From Felis catus (Eukaryota): DNA of 64,000 bases. Every line of letters begins with the position of its first letter. Position 1 is the stretch's first letter. Both the position numbers and the translations under genes were made by a program. The notes beneath the pieces are model-generated. The model had not been told where the DNA came from. It ran no database searches and saw nothing but the letters and a program-made list of their open reading frames with translations. Below are positions 20,421 through 32,761 of the stretch, in pieces. The stretch covers positions 806,001 to 870,000 of the forward strand of contig NC_058376.1 in assembly GCF_018350175.1 (NCBI RefSeq), in the 5' to 3' direction.

Positions 20421-21446
20421 GACCCAGCTGACTCTGCCCAGGTGCCCGCTGTCCCCGCACAGGTCCCAGGTCACCTGCCGGCTGCCGGGCCCCTGCAGGA
20501 GTCGCCCCAGACGCCACCCCCGCCTCCAGAGCCGCCGAGGCCCCCGAGGCTGTTGGGTCGGGCTCTGGAGCCGCACCGGCTTCTGCTCCTGCCCCGGACT
20601 CTTGAGAAGGAAACAGAGTGATGGTTGCAGCGGCTCCAAGGGCTCAGGGTGACAGGAGAGAAGGTCCCCCCGCGCCGGCCTCTCCAGGGGCCTTGCAGAC
20701 ACACAACACACCCCAGGGCCTCCCGAGAAGCCGCGGCCAGGAACCCACACCAGGACCTCTGGCCCCCTGCGGCCCGCAGCCCCGGGGGCTCTCAGTCTCT
20801 GCTCCTGGCCCCACACCAGCCCCCGGGGGCTCCTCCCTGGGTGGCCCAGCACCGCCCGGGGCCCCATGCACCCCATCCCCCACCCCCAGCCTTCTCACCC
20901 TCGGGCTCGGGCTCTGGGGGCTCCGGGTCCTGGTCCCAGGACCGCTGAGCCAGGACCCTGTGGAGGGGCCCGGGCGGTGAGGGAGGCCCTCCCAGGCCAT
21001 CTCCAGGCCCTGCTTCCGGAGACCTCCGTGCGGCCACTCTCTCCCCGGGTCCAGGGTGGCCCTCCTGGGCGACGGGGCACACGCACACCTCTGTAGGGCA
21101 GGTGAATCGGGATCCCGACAGTCGCCTCCCGATTTCATCCGTTGATTTCTGTAAAGACAGTGACCCGCGGCCGGCCCGGAGGCATCACAGCCCCGCCCGG
21201 CCATCCTCAGTGTCCTTCCGCCCTCTCCCCCTGCGGCTCCCAGATCCGACACAGACCTGAGTGCGCACAGCCCTGCGCCCGGGACACAGTGACATCCACC
21301 TGCAGGCTCGGGATGAATCTTGGGGACAAGAGGGCCACCCCAGCACACTCTGTCCCTCCCAGCCAGCCTTGACCTGGAGTGTGAGCATGGCCTGCCCACC
21401 AGGCATCTGACCCCTTCATCAGCCTGCACCTGCTCACGTGGGCCCT

Positions 21447-21448
<2 letters not shown>

Positions 21449-21480
<32 letters not shown>
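21449..21480 (+). repeat. (AC)16 microsatellite (copies at 27907-27938 and about 59982-60013)
   Basis: Direct count; same length in all three copies. Confidence 0.9.
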
Positions 21481-21482
<2 letters not shown>

Positions 21483-23337
21483 GAGGGGCCGTGGGGCCGC
21501 ACAAGTCAGATCAGAGCGGTGTCGGGCTGGACCGACTGTCTCTGGGGCTCCCTGGGTTACCTTTGGCTCCCTGCGAGCTAGAGACCTGAGGCGTCCTGTG
21601 CACGACCTGACCCACTGTCTCCGGGGTCGGGGAGCGTCGCAGCCACGGGCTCCCCTGAGCCAGCAGCCGCGGGACACGGGCACACAACAGGAGAACATGT
21701 TCGTCAGGCGAAGGTGTCCCAACGAATGAGCCCAGTCGGGCGCTGTCTCCACAATGTGGGTGCCTGGTGACCCGGGTTCTGACTTCACTTGGGCTTTGTG
21801 ACCAGAGAGGTGAGGTCACTGCCAGGTCACTGGGCTTTGTGACCAGAGAGGTGGGTCCCCTTACCCATCTTCCTCCTCCTACAAGAGCCCCTCCCAGGCT
21901 GCGGAGGGCTCCCCTCCACCCCATGCCCTGTCCCTACAGTGACACCAACACAGCCCAGCCACATCCCCGCGAGGCCTGGTGCAGCCGGTGTGGCAGCTCT
22001 GGGGACACAGAGCTGGGTTCAGACCTGGGTTTTCCTCCTGACCAGTGCCGGGACCCCGCACAGACCCTGTGCCTCCCGGGGCCCCCCGGTCTCCCCGTCT
22101 GCACAGTGGGGTCCTTCTGGAATCCACTTCTAGGGACACCATCAGGGAGACACCTGTAGACTCGTCCCGTGCCTGCTACCCCATGAGGCTCGTGGGCACA
22201 CGTGGCCGTGGAAAGATGAGGAAGGGGTGGGCCTGGCACGGAACACACTCACGCGGGCCTGGGTCTGCTCCGGGTCCAGGCACAGCCACCCCTCCTGCCT
22301 GGGTCCCGGGCCCGGGGGAAGGTGGAGGTGAGCTCGTTCAGACCCTGTGCCCACCCGACACGCCCCTCCAGGGGCTCCATCACATTTGGGCCCGGGTCCC
22401 AGCGCCTGGGCTGTGGCTCCCAGCCTTCCCGAATCCTGGTCACACATCCCTGTGTCACCCCCTCCCCTTCCGGGTGGACGGCCCGTGTGACCGCGTTCTA
22501 AGGGCTAGAAGACGATGACGGGCTGTCACTTCCAGGCCGATTCATGGAATTTCTGCTTTCCTCTCTCCGGGGTCCATTCTCTGTGTCTGCCTCGGACTCG
22601 GTCTGTCTCTGTGTGTCTCACAGGAGCAGGGCCTGTGGGCTCCAGGGTCCAGGTGACGACCCTCAGAAGCCTCCCTTGTGGCCCGTGTCCCTCCCCCGGC
22701 CCGGTGCTCAGCTCCCTCACGAGGCCTCCTCACCCCAGGCAGGGCACTGCCTGGGGAACCACTTCCTAATGAGGACCCGAGGCTCCAACAAGGAGGGTCT
22801 TCACCTCGGTCCCCACACCAGGGTCCACTGCTCGGCCACGTGCTGCAAACCCAGGACCTCGGTCCTCCAAGCCCCCAGGCTGCCCTCTGCTCAGAAGGAC
22901 CTTGAGGGAGTAGGAAGCATTTTCCCAGGAGGGGAGAACAGAGGGTCAGGGATGAAGATCCCGGGACACAGACTCGTCTATGAGCCTGTGGGACCCTGGG
23001 GACACTGTCTACGCAGCCCAATTTACGGAGGAGGACGCTGAGTCCTTCTGTGCCCTAGCCCCGTCCACACTTCCTACTTCCAGGTGCCCAGTGTGGTGGA
23101 CACAGGACCCCAGACCCCGTCCTCCCCTAGTTCCCGCCAATCCCCCCAGACATCTTGGGGACCCCCCGGCCCTCAGCCGGCACATCTCCCCTCCCCATGC
23201 TGTGGGTCCCGGGCTATTGCCAGGAATCCTGATGTCCCTGCCCATGGCCCCACTGCCTCCAGCCTTTCTCTTCTTTCCCCCACGTTACCCACCCCCTCCC
23301 AGTGTGGACTCCCCTCTGACCCCCAGCGGGGCAGTCC

Positions 23338-23340
<3 letters not shown>

Positions 23341-23374
<34 letters not shown>
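23341..23374 (+). repeat. (TG)17 microsatellite (mirror at 26013-26046; (TG)13 at 61874-61899)
   Basis: Direct count. Confidence 0.9.
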
Positions 23375-23375
<1 letters not shown>

Positions 23376-25657
23376 ACCCGCCTGTCTGGAGATGCCCAGT
23401 GGTCACAGCCTCACACAGACGGGGTGGATAGGGACCCCCGAGCATCTCAGGGGGTCTCGTTCCCAGGGAGAACCCCACGGGGGGATAGAGGCTGGCCTAG
23501 GACTGGAGACCAGCTCTGCTCCTCGGACGCCGCACACCTCACTTGTCCTGGGCCAGTCCTTGCCTCTCCTGACCTCAGTGTCCCCACTGTCCCTGAGGGT
23601 CAGACGGGGAAGTGCATCAGCGTGGCCTTGACCCAGGCTGTCCTCCAGGGGTAGGTGGAGGGGAGGTGCCCCGGCTACACAGGCCTCCCTCCCCAGGGCC
23701 GGCCAGGTCTGTGTCGTGGCCACGTGTGCAGACAGAAGGGGAATGAAATGGATGATGCAGAGTGATCACTACCACGGCAGGAACAAGGCGGGTACCGGTG
23801 ACTGATGGAGCACCCATACAGAGCCCGGATCGCAAACTCAGTGGGGAAGAGGAGAGGGGACACCAGTGAGGTACCCCCCCACAAAGCCATCCAGCGTTTC
23901 CATCCAGCCACCAGGGCTTGGCATGGCCCCAGGAGCAGTGGCCAACCAGACTCCTGACACAGGTCACTGTGGCCTCTTTCTCAGCAGTGGGGATCCAGGG
24001 GCCGGGAAACCCAGGGTGCAAGGGTGCTTGGGGCTACCTCCTCCCTTGGAGGAAAGAGAACAATAGAGATGTTCTCTGGGGACTCCCCAGGGCAGGAAAA
24101 ATGGGAGGAGCCCTCCCCCAGCCCAGACAACTCTTCCCCATGACTATTTCCCTGCTGGTGGTGGGAGGCGTTGAGGGAGTGTGGTACTGGCTTTAAACAG
24201 TGACTCTACACTTGAATGTTAGGTTCAAATTCTGCTTCTACTAGAACCTGAGCTTTGTGGCTTGGATCTTTCACTTGCCAGGCTGAGGGGATACACATGC
24301 TCTCAAGGACTCTCAAACGGAGATCTCTCGCAGGGTCCTGAACCTACTGGACCTGGGGAAGGGGTGGACCGGTCCCCTCCCTGGTCCTGATGGAGACCTT
24401 TCCTCCCAAAGACAGGTTCGTTCCTGGGCGTGATCCTGGGCCAGGGCTGGAGACAGCCCCTCACTCCCCAGGGGCTCTGGGGGCCGAGGGGGCTTGGATA
24501 CAAGCACAGCTCACTGCACCTCTCCCCCCAACCAGTGTGCACTGCCTGGGCAGGGACCCCCCGAGCCAAGGGCAAGCCTTCCCCTTCCGTCTGACCACAC
24601 ATTCTTCCCAGAGCTTGACGATGGCCTGTTCTTCTTGGCCATGGGGTATTGCTGGCCGACCAGGAGGGAGTCCAGCTGGTAGGGCAGGTGTAGCTACCGG
24701 ACACAGGGACACCTGTGAGCTACCGGGAGCCACATTCTGGTCTCTGTCCCCGGGCCTGCCCGGCAGCTGGGATCCAGGTGCCCTAGGGGTCAGCAGACAA
24801 CAGGGTCTGGGCTGAGCAGGAGGCCATGACCTCAAGGAGACTCCACTGGGCCCTCTCCTGGCTCCTGCCTAGTCTCACCTGTCCTCCCTGAGGGGCTCCA
24901 GGGCCCGGATCCAGGCCCCTTACGGCTGCTGGGGCTCCAGCCTGGAAAGATGTATAGCCTCTGGGGCAGCTGGACTTGTTGGGGCTGGAGGGAGGGCCGG
25001 CCACCGACAGGGCCTCGGCTGGGGAGGATGCGGGCCTCGTGGGGGTGAGGATGGGGCCGGGACCCGGTGCTGGGTCACGGCTCATGTATACAAAGGGCTG
25101 AAATCACTGAGTGCCCGGGGGGCGCCGAGTTAAAGTAGCCCCCTGACGCTTGGTCATCCTGGAGGTGGCCCCAGGCCTCCCCAGGCCGCTTCCCACCCTC
25201 TGACTCTGCCCAGGGCTGCAGCCAGGCCCAGGCTGGACCTCTGTCCAAGGTCCTGCCAGGAAGACAAGGCAGAAGGAGGAAAGGAGAAGGGGGAGGGGCG
25301 GACCGACTTCTCCCTGCCCTGAGTTGGCCTCCCTGCTGCCTGCAGGAGCCCTGGCCCAGCCATGCCCCAGGGTCCATGCACCTGGACCCTGGGGTAGAGT
25401 CTGCGGTCCAGGCCAGCTGGGTGGGGGTGGGTGTATTCACTGGCCTTCGTGTCCCCAGATGTCCAACCCACCTGGCCTTGCACCCTGAGGTGTGCCTGGC
25501 TGGGGCAGGCATGGTTCTGGGGCGCAGGAGAGGTTCGGGTCCCAGAGCCGTTGGTGGAGGCGGGAACATAGGGGACCAGCCAGGTGGGGAGCGATTGGAT
25601 TCATGCACGTCAGCGTTGCATCTGGATCATCTACAGGTGCTGAGTGCAGGTCCCTGG

Positions 25658-26011
25658 GCACACCTGGCCACGACACAGACCTGGCCGGCCCTGGGGAGGG
25701 AGGCCTGTGTAGCCGGGGCACCTCCCCTCCACCTACCCCTGGAGGACAGCCTGGGTCAAGGTCACGCTGATGCACTTCCCCGTCTGACCCTCAGGGACAG
25801 TGGGGACACTGAGGTCAGGAGAGGCAAGGACTGGCCCAGGACAAGTGAGGTGTGCGGCGTCCGAGGAGCAGAGCTGGTCTCCAGTCCTAGGCCAGCCTCT
25901 ATCCCCCCGTGGGGTTCTCCCTGGGAACGAGACCCCCTGAGATGCTCGGGGGTCCCTATCCACCCCGTCTGTGTGAGGCTGTGACCACTGGGCATCTCCA
26001 GACAGGCGGGT

Positions 26012-26049
<38 letters not shown>

Positions 26050-27904
26050 GGACTGCCCCGCTGGGGGTCAGAGGGGAGTCCACACTGGGAGGGGGTGGGT
26101 AACGTGGGGGAAAGAAGAGAAAGGCTGGAGGCAGTGGGGCCATGGGCAGGGACATCAGGATTCCTGGCAATAGCCCGGGACCCACAGCATGGGGAGGGGA
26201 GATGTGCCGGCTGAGGGCCGGGGGGTCCCCAAGATGTCTGGGGGGATTGGCGGGAACTAGGGGAGGACGGGGTCTGGGGTCCTGTGTCCACCACACTGGG
26301 CACCTGGAAGTAGGAAGTGTGGACGGGGCTAGGGCACAGAAGGACTCAGCGTCCTCCTCCGTAAATTGGGCTGCGTAGACAGTGTCCCCAGGGTCCCACA
26401 GGCTCATAGACGAGTCTGTGTCCCGGGATCTTCATCCCTGACCCTCTGTTCTCCCCTCCTGGGAAAATGCTTCCTACTCCCTCAAGGTCCTTCTGAGCAG
26501 AGGGCAGCCTGGGGGCTTGGAGGACCGAGGTCCTGGGTTTGCAGCACGTGGCCGAGCAGTGGACCCTGGTGTGGGGACCGAGGTGAAGACCCTCCTTGTT
26601 GGAGCCTCGGGTCCTCATTAGGAAGTGGTTCCCCAGGCAGTGCCCTGCCTGGGGTGAGGAGGCCTCGTGAGGGAGCTGAGCACCGGGCCGGGGGAGGGAC
26701 ACGGGCCACAAGGGAGGCTTCTGAGGGTCGTCACCTGGACCCTGGAGCCCACAGGCCCTGCTCCTGTGAGACACACAGAGACAGACCGAGTCCGAGGCAG
26801 ACACAGAGAATGGACCCCGGAGAGAGGAAAGCAGAAATTCCATGAATCGGCCTGGAAGTGACAGCCCGTCATCGTCTTCTAGCCCTTAGAACGCGGTCAC
26901 ACGGGCCGTCCACCCGGAAGGGGAGGGGGTGACACAGGGATGTGTGACCAGGATTCGGGAAGGCTGGGAGCCACAGCCCAGGCGCTGGGACCCGGGCCCA
27001 AATGTGATGGAGCCCCTGGAGGGGCGTGTCGGGTGGGCACAGGGTCTGAACGAGCTCACCTCCACCTTCCCCCGGGCCCGGGACCCAGGCAGGAGGGGTG
27101 GCTGTGCCTGGACCCGGAGCAGACCCAGGCCCGCGTGAGTGTGTTCCGTGCCAGGCCCACCCCTTCCTCATCTTTCCACGGCCACGTGTGCCCACGAGCC
27201 TCATGGGGTAGCAGGCACGGGACGAGTCTACAGGTGTCTCCCTGATGGTGTCCCTAGAAGTGGATTCCAGAAGGACCCCACTGTGCAGACGGGGAGACCG
27301 GGGGGCCCCGGGAGGCACAGGGTCTGTGCGGGGTCCCGGCACTGGTCAGGAGGAAAACCCAGGTCTGAACCCAGCTCTGTGTCCCCAGAGCTGCCACACC
27401 GGCTGCACCAGGCCTCGCGGGGATGTGGCTGGGCTGTGTTGGTGTCACTGTAGGGACAGGGCATGGGGTGGAGGGGAGCCCTCCGCAGCCTGGGAGGGGC
27501 TCTTGTAGGAGGAGGAAGATGGGTAAGGGGACCCACCTCTCTGGTCACAAAGCCCAGTGACCTGGCAGTGACCTCACCTCTCTGGTCACAAAGCCCAAGT
27601 GAAGTCAGAACCCGGGTCACCAGGCACCCACATTGTGGAGACAGCGCCCGACTGGGCTCATTCGTTGGGACACCTTCGCCTGACGAACATGTTCTCCTGT
27701 TGTGTGCCCGTGTCCCGCGGCTGCTGGCTCAGGGGAGCCCGTGGCTGCGACGCTCCCCGACCCCGGAGACAGTGGGTCAGGTCGTGCACAGGACGCCTCA
27801 GGTCTCTAGCTCGCAGGGAGCCAAAGGTAACCCAGGGAGCCCCAGAGACAGTCGGTCCAGCCCGACACCGCTCTGATCTGACTTGTGCGGCCCCACGGCC
27901 CCTC

Positions 27905-27940
<36 letters not shown>

Positions 27941-30900
27941 AGGGCCCACGTGAGCAGGTGCAGGCTGATGAAGGGGTCAGATGCCTGGTGGGCAGGCCAT
28001 GCTCACACTCCAGGTCAAGGCTGGCTGGGAGGGACAGAGTGTGCTGGGGTGGCCCTCTTGTCCCCAAGATTCATCCCGAGCCTGCAGGTGGATGTCACTG
28101 TGTCCCGGGCGCAGGGCTGTGCGCACTCAGGTCTGTGTCGGATCTGGGAGCCGCAGGGGGAGAGGGCGGAAGGACACTGAGGATGGCCGGGCGGGGCTGT
28201 GATGCCTCCGGGCCGGCCGCGGGTCACTGTCTTTACAGAAATCAACGGATGAAATCGGGAGGCGACTGTCGGGATCCCGATTCACCTGCCCTACAGAGGT
28301 GTGCGTGTGCCCCGTCGCCCAGGAGGGCCACCCTGGACCCGGGGAGAGAGTGGCCGCACGGAGGTCTCCGGAAGCAGGGCCTGGAGATGGCCTGGGAGGG
28401 CCTCCCTCACCGCCCGGGCCCCTCCACAGGGTCCTGGCTCAGCGGTCCTGGGACCAGGACCCGGAGCCCCCAGAGCCCGAGCCCGAGGGTGAGAAGGCTG
28501 GGGGTGGGGGATGGGGTGCATGGGGCCCCGGGCGGTGCTGGGCCACCCAGGGAGGAGCCCCCGGGGGCTGGTGTGGGGCCAGGAGCAGAGACTGAGAGCC
28601 CCCGGGGCTGCGGGCCGCAGGGGGCCAGAGGTCCTGGTGTGGGTTCCTGGCCGCGGCTTCTCGGGAGGCCCTGGGGTGTGTTGTGTGTCTGCAAGGCCCC
28701 TGGAGAGGCCGGCGCGGGGGTACCTTCTCTCCTGTCACCCTGAGCCCTTGGAGCCGCTGCAACCATCACTCTGTTTCCTTCTCAAGAGTCCGGGGCAGGA
28801 GCAGAAGCCGGTGCGGCTCCAGAGCCCGACCCAACAGCCTCGGGGGCCTCGGCGGCTCTGGAGGCGGGGGTGGCGTCTGGGGCGACTCCTGCAGGGGCCC
28901 GGCAGCCGGCAGGTGACCTGGGACCTGTGCGGGGACAGCGGGCACCTGGGCAGAGTCAGCTGGGTCCTGCTTCTGCTCCTGCTGCTTCCACTGTTCCTGC
29001 TTCTGCTCCCAACACCGTTCCTGCCACCGCCCTTCTCCCCGCCCCTGCCACCTCTCTTCTCCCTGCCCCTGCCCCCGCCCCTGCCACCGCCCTTCTCCCT
29101 GCCCCTGCCACCGCCCTTGCTCCCACATGGATGCCAGCCACTGATCAAGGGCCTGAGGGCCTACACGGGATGTTTGTTTTATTTCTAATTGTTCCAATCC
29201 CCGACCCTGACACCCTACCACAATGTCTCTTCCTCTTCTCCCTTATCCTTTCTCTCCTCTTCTTTTTAGCTGTGACTTTATTTCTTCACTGTTGGTTTAT
29301 AATCCATATTAATCCTCAGTAAAATTTTTATTTACTTTACGTTGTGCAATTCCTGCGCGCTGGGTACACTCACGACGCTGTGAACCACGCCACAGAATAT
29401 TGGTGCAGAGTATCTCAGTCCCCGAGGGACACCGTGTACCCGGAGCCCGCCCTCCCCATTCGTGCCCCCGCCAGGCCCTGGGAACCCCCAGTCCGCTTTC
29501 TCTCCGTGTTCCGTTACTTACTCTGGAGGTTTCCTACAAGTGGAATCTCTCAAGAGATACCTTCGGGTCTGCACCGACTTTTCAGACGGGACAGATTCAT
29601 TTTCGTACTCTGTGGTCGCTTGAAATAGACTGTTTCTCCTTTGATGTTGAAATCACAATGGATTAAAGATTAGGTGGGAAAAAAGAGGCCCCTTCGGTGA
29701 CAATGGGCACGGTCTCGGGGTGGAGACCCCCGTTTGTGCTGTGACACCACAGCCTGACGCCAGCCAGGACACGGCTGGTCCCCCCGTGGCCCAGACAGAA
29801 GCCGGGAGACGCAGAAGGCCGGACGGTCACACCGCAGAGGGGAGAGCATCCCTCACGACCCAGGGCCAGAAAGGTTCACAGGCCCCTGGGCCAAATAACG
29901 CTCCAAAGCCCGTGCGTTCCCCGGGATGGAGACCAGACCCGTCCCAGTCCATGGGAGCCGGCGTCAGAGATGCGGGGCGTCCCGGGGAGGGACTCGGGCA
30001 AGTGAAACCCGAGGGAGGCAGCGCTGGGCACCTTCAGACCGGCAGGTTTCTGGTCTGGGGACCGGCAGCCCAGGTGACAACGTGAGGCAGCAGAGGCCCC
30101 AGCAGGTCCCCAGCGAGAAGTCCTCGTCCTGCAGGGGACCGGCTGGCCCAGGACTGGGAGAGCCCACAGAGCCTGGGGTCGGCCCTTCCCCGGTCCCCAT
30201 GCCCGGCCCCAGGCAGGTTGGTCAGCTCTGCTCCCCTGAGTTCAGGGGGGGCGGGCCTTCGGCGGGTGGTGGGGTTCCCCAGGAAGAGGGACCCCGAGCC
30301 CCAGGACGCCAAGACGCAGGCCTGCGGGTAGGACAATCCAAAGTCAAGGACATGGGCTTCCTGACCTAGCTCGTCTTACTAGTGACCCAGGCTGTGCTAT
30401 TAGCCTCGGTGTCCCCATCTGTGACACGGGGACGAAACGGGCCTTCTAGATGGCTTGTCGCATTCCCCGACAGATGAGGTGGAATCGTGGCCTGGTGCCT
30501 GGAGGACACAAGGGGCCACCTGGAAGGCTGTCCCAGAGTCCCCCAGGGCACAGGATTCCGGAAGCCCCTCCTCGGCCCCTGCCTGCCGTCCCCCTTCCGG
30601 GAACACTCAGCGTTGTTTGCGGAGGAGGTGGAGACGATCCAGGACGTCAGCAGGTCCCACGTGAAGGAAGGTCAGCGCTGGAGGGACAGAAGGACGTGTC
30701 CCGTGCCCCCTTCCAGGGCCCGAGCTGTGACGCCCTCTGACCTGACCTCTGACCCGACCTGGTGTGTGGACCCGGCTTCTGTGGTTTCACTCCCACCTTC
30801 CCTCCCTCCTTCCCTAATTCAGCCGGCCATCTCAGGTCCCTGCCGTGTGCCGAACACCGGGACCTCATCGGTGAGCGCGACCCGACGGGGTCCCCCACGT

Positions 30901-32356
30901 GGCCTCTTCCTTTACGGCGTCTGAATCTTCCTGTGCTGGGTCCCCTCTGGCGAGTCTGGGAGGGAGGCCTCTGCACATGTCCCTGCAAGGAAGCACGAGT
31001 CCGGAAGGTCCAGACGACCTGCCCCAAGTCCCAGCGTGTGGAGACTGGACACGGGGTGGTCCCTGATCAGAGGAAGACTTGGGCCCACGGAGCCCGCAGG
31101 ATGACGAGTACAGGGAGCCCGGAGGAGGAGGGGGGAGCACCGTGGCGGCCTGGCGCTCAGGCCAACTGGGAGACGGTGTCGTACCCGGACCGGCTCTGTC
31201 CCCAGGGCCGTCGGGGTATCCGCGCTCCCGGGTGGCAGGCTGGCCCCGGCTGGCAGGAGAGGAGGTGCCCGTGGGGCAGGACAGAGCCCTCAGGCAGAGC
31301 GGAGGGTCGCAGGTGCTCCCCCAGGGGCAGGTGGACTCGAGCGCCCTGAGGCGGCATCACCGGGACAGCAGTGCCTGCAACGGGGTCCCCATACCTGTCC
31401 CCTCCTCAGCCAAGGTTTGTCTGCATGGCGTTTACCCCCCAAACACAAAGTCTGGGCCAGGAGCCACCCTCTTGGAGCCCTCGCCCCTGATTCTTTCCAG
31501 CCACCTCAAGTTACAAGAAATGGACAATATTTCAGGTGGTGGTGGACGCCCAGAGATGTTTGTGTTTCTGGCCCACGTTGTGACGTCGCTGGCATTTTAA
31601 AGATCAGGGCTTTGATTCAAAAGCGGCAGGATGCCGAGGACCCTGGAGAGCTTTCTGGAAACCTGCCTCTGTGCTTTGCCGCACCCCATTCCGACCAGCT
31701 CTGCTCGCAATCTCTCCGGACCACGGTTCCATAGCCTGGGGTCCTCAGATGGCCGAGGTGATGTTGTAATAGGTCAGTTTATAAGACCTCAGAAAGCTTA
31801 TTGTATATAAGTTCGGCTTAAAGTCACCTTTCATGAATAATTGAGATAAAAGGCTTCTGTAGTTCCCTATTAGGGTTATCGGAAGTTCCTAACCTCCCTA
31901 TCTTGCTTCTGGGACCTCGCCTGCTTGCTGAATAGATCACTTAGGATGCAAAACGCTCCCCCAGCCCCTCTACCAAGGTCTGGCCTAGGCAAGACCAACA
32001 TGTAAAAGGCACGTACTCGCTGCCCCACGGCATCTTAGGTGTCTAACTATGATTGGTCATTTTAAACCCTCTTAGGACAAAGAACTTTAAATTGATAGGT
32101 TCCCACCGAAACTGACGTCTGTGTGTCACGATATAACTGGCTACCGTGAAAGGCTGTAGATTGTAATTGGTTAACCAAATAATGACGTATTCTGACTTGC
32201 TAAAATCCATATAAGCTCACTGCTACCTTTGTTCGGGGCCATTCTCTGTACTTTTCTCCTTACGATCAGGAGATCAGGTTTGGCCCGGCCGTGAATAAAA
32301 TCTTGCCTCGCTTCTATTTGGCGTCTGGTGGTTTTTTTCGACAGCACTCTGTTTCA
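25658..32356 (-). repeat. Palindrome arm B (6.7 kb)
   Basis: Reverse complement of 17031-23729; the spacer is 23730-25657. Confidence 0.97.
31765..32356 (+). mobile_element. 5' LTR of a gammaretrovirus-like ERV
   Basis: Starts TGTAATAGG and ends GTTTCA. ATTGG (CCAAT) motifs, TATAA at 32210-32214, AATAAA at 32294-32299; directly followed by a PBS. Confidence 0.9.
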
Positions 32357-32358
32357 TT

Positions 32359-32376
32359 TGGAGGTCCCACCGAGAT
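32359..32376 (+). other. Primer-binding site, tRNA-Gln
   Basis: TGGAGGTCCCACCGAGAT, 2 nt after the LTR CA end; matches the known Gln-type PBS of endogenous gammaretroviruses. Confidence 0.9.
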
Positions 32377-32761
32377 TCTGTGACCACCCGAAATTCAGAG
32401 GCTGAAGCGGAACAGCTAAGGGAGAGCTCCCGAGGGACGTTCCTGGGCCCCGCTTTCCGTTCTCAGACCTGGCTTAAGTAAGGTACGTGAGGCGGTGCCT
32501 ATTTTCTATTTTCAGTTTTCTGTTTTCTGTTTTCTGTTACTGGTTGGATCTGACTCTAGGAGGGAAGGCTGGATGCGGGTTAACTTCCCCCTAGCTGGTG
32601 TCTGGTGGAGATGTCCCCAGCACCGCCTGGGTCTCCGGACCGTCTGGGTTGGGTTGATCACCCCAACCGTTTGTTCTATGTTCAGTGCTCTGTGTGCCCT
32701 GTTAAACATTTCCTGTTAACCTATCATTATCTCTGGTGTGACCCACTGTTTAGCCTCTGTC

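Larger units (their letters stand above)
17031..23729 (+). repeat. Palindrome arm A (6.7 kb)
   Basis: Reverse complement of 25658-32356. Mirror coordinates sum to 49387 throughout, for example ORFs 22980..23654 and 25733..26407. Only a few substitutions seen. Confidence 0.97.

Noticed and set aside
21790-21856. Short direct repeat GGGCTTTGTGACCAGAGAGGTG x2 with a spacer
   Set aside because: Only two units; a local tandem duplication, not a CRISPR-like array.
20644-26407. ORFs containing CVCVCV or HTHTHT runs, repeated identically several times
   Set aside because: Translations of (TG)/(CA) microsatellites; recurrence only reflects the segmental copies.
31762-32346. Alternative LTR boundaries TGTTGT...ACAGCA (nested LTR idea)
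   Set aside because: PBS spacing, the arm-A/L1 junction and the 63596-63621 remnant all support 31765-32356; no TSD supports the alternative.
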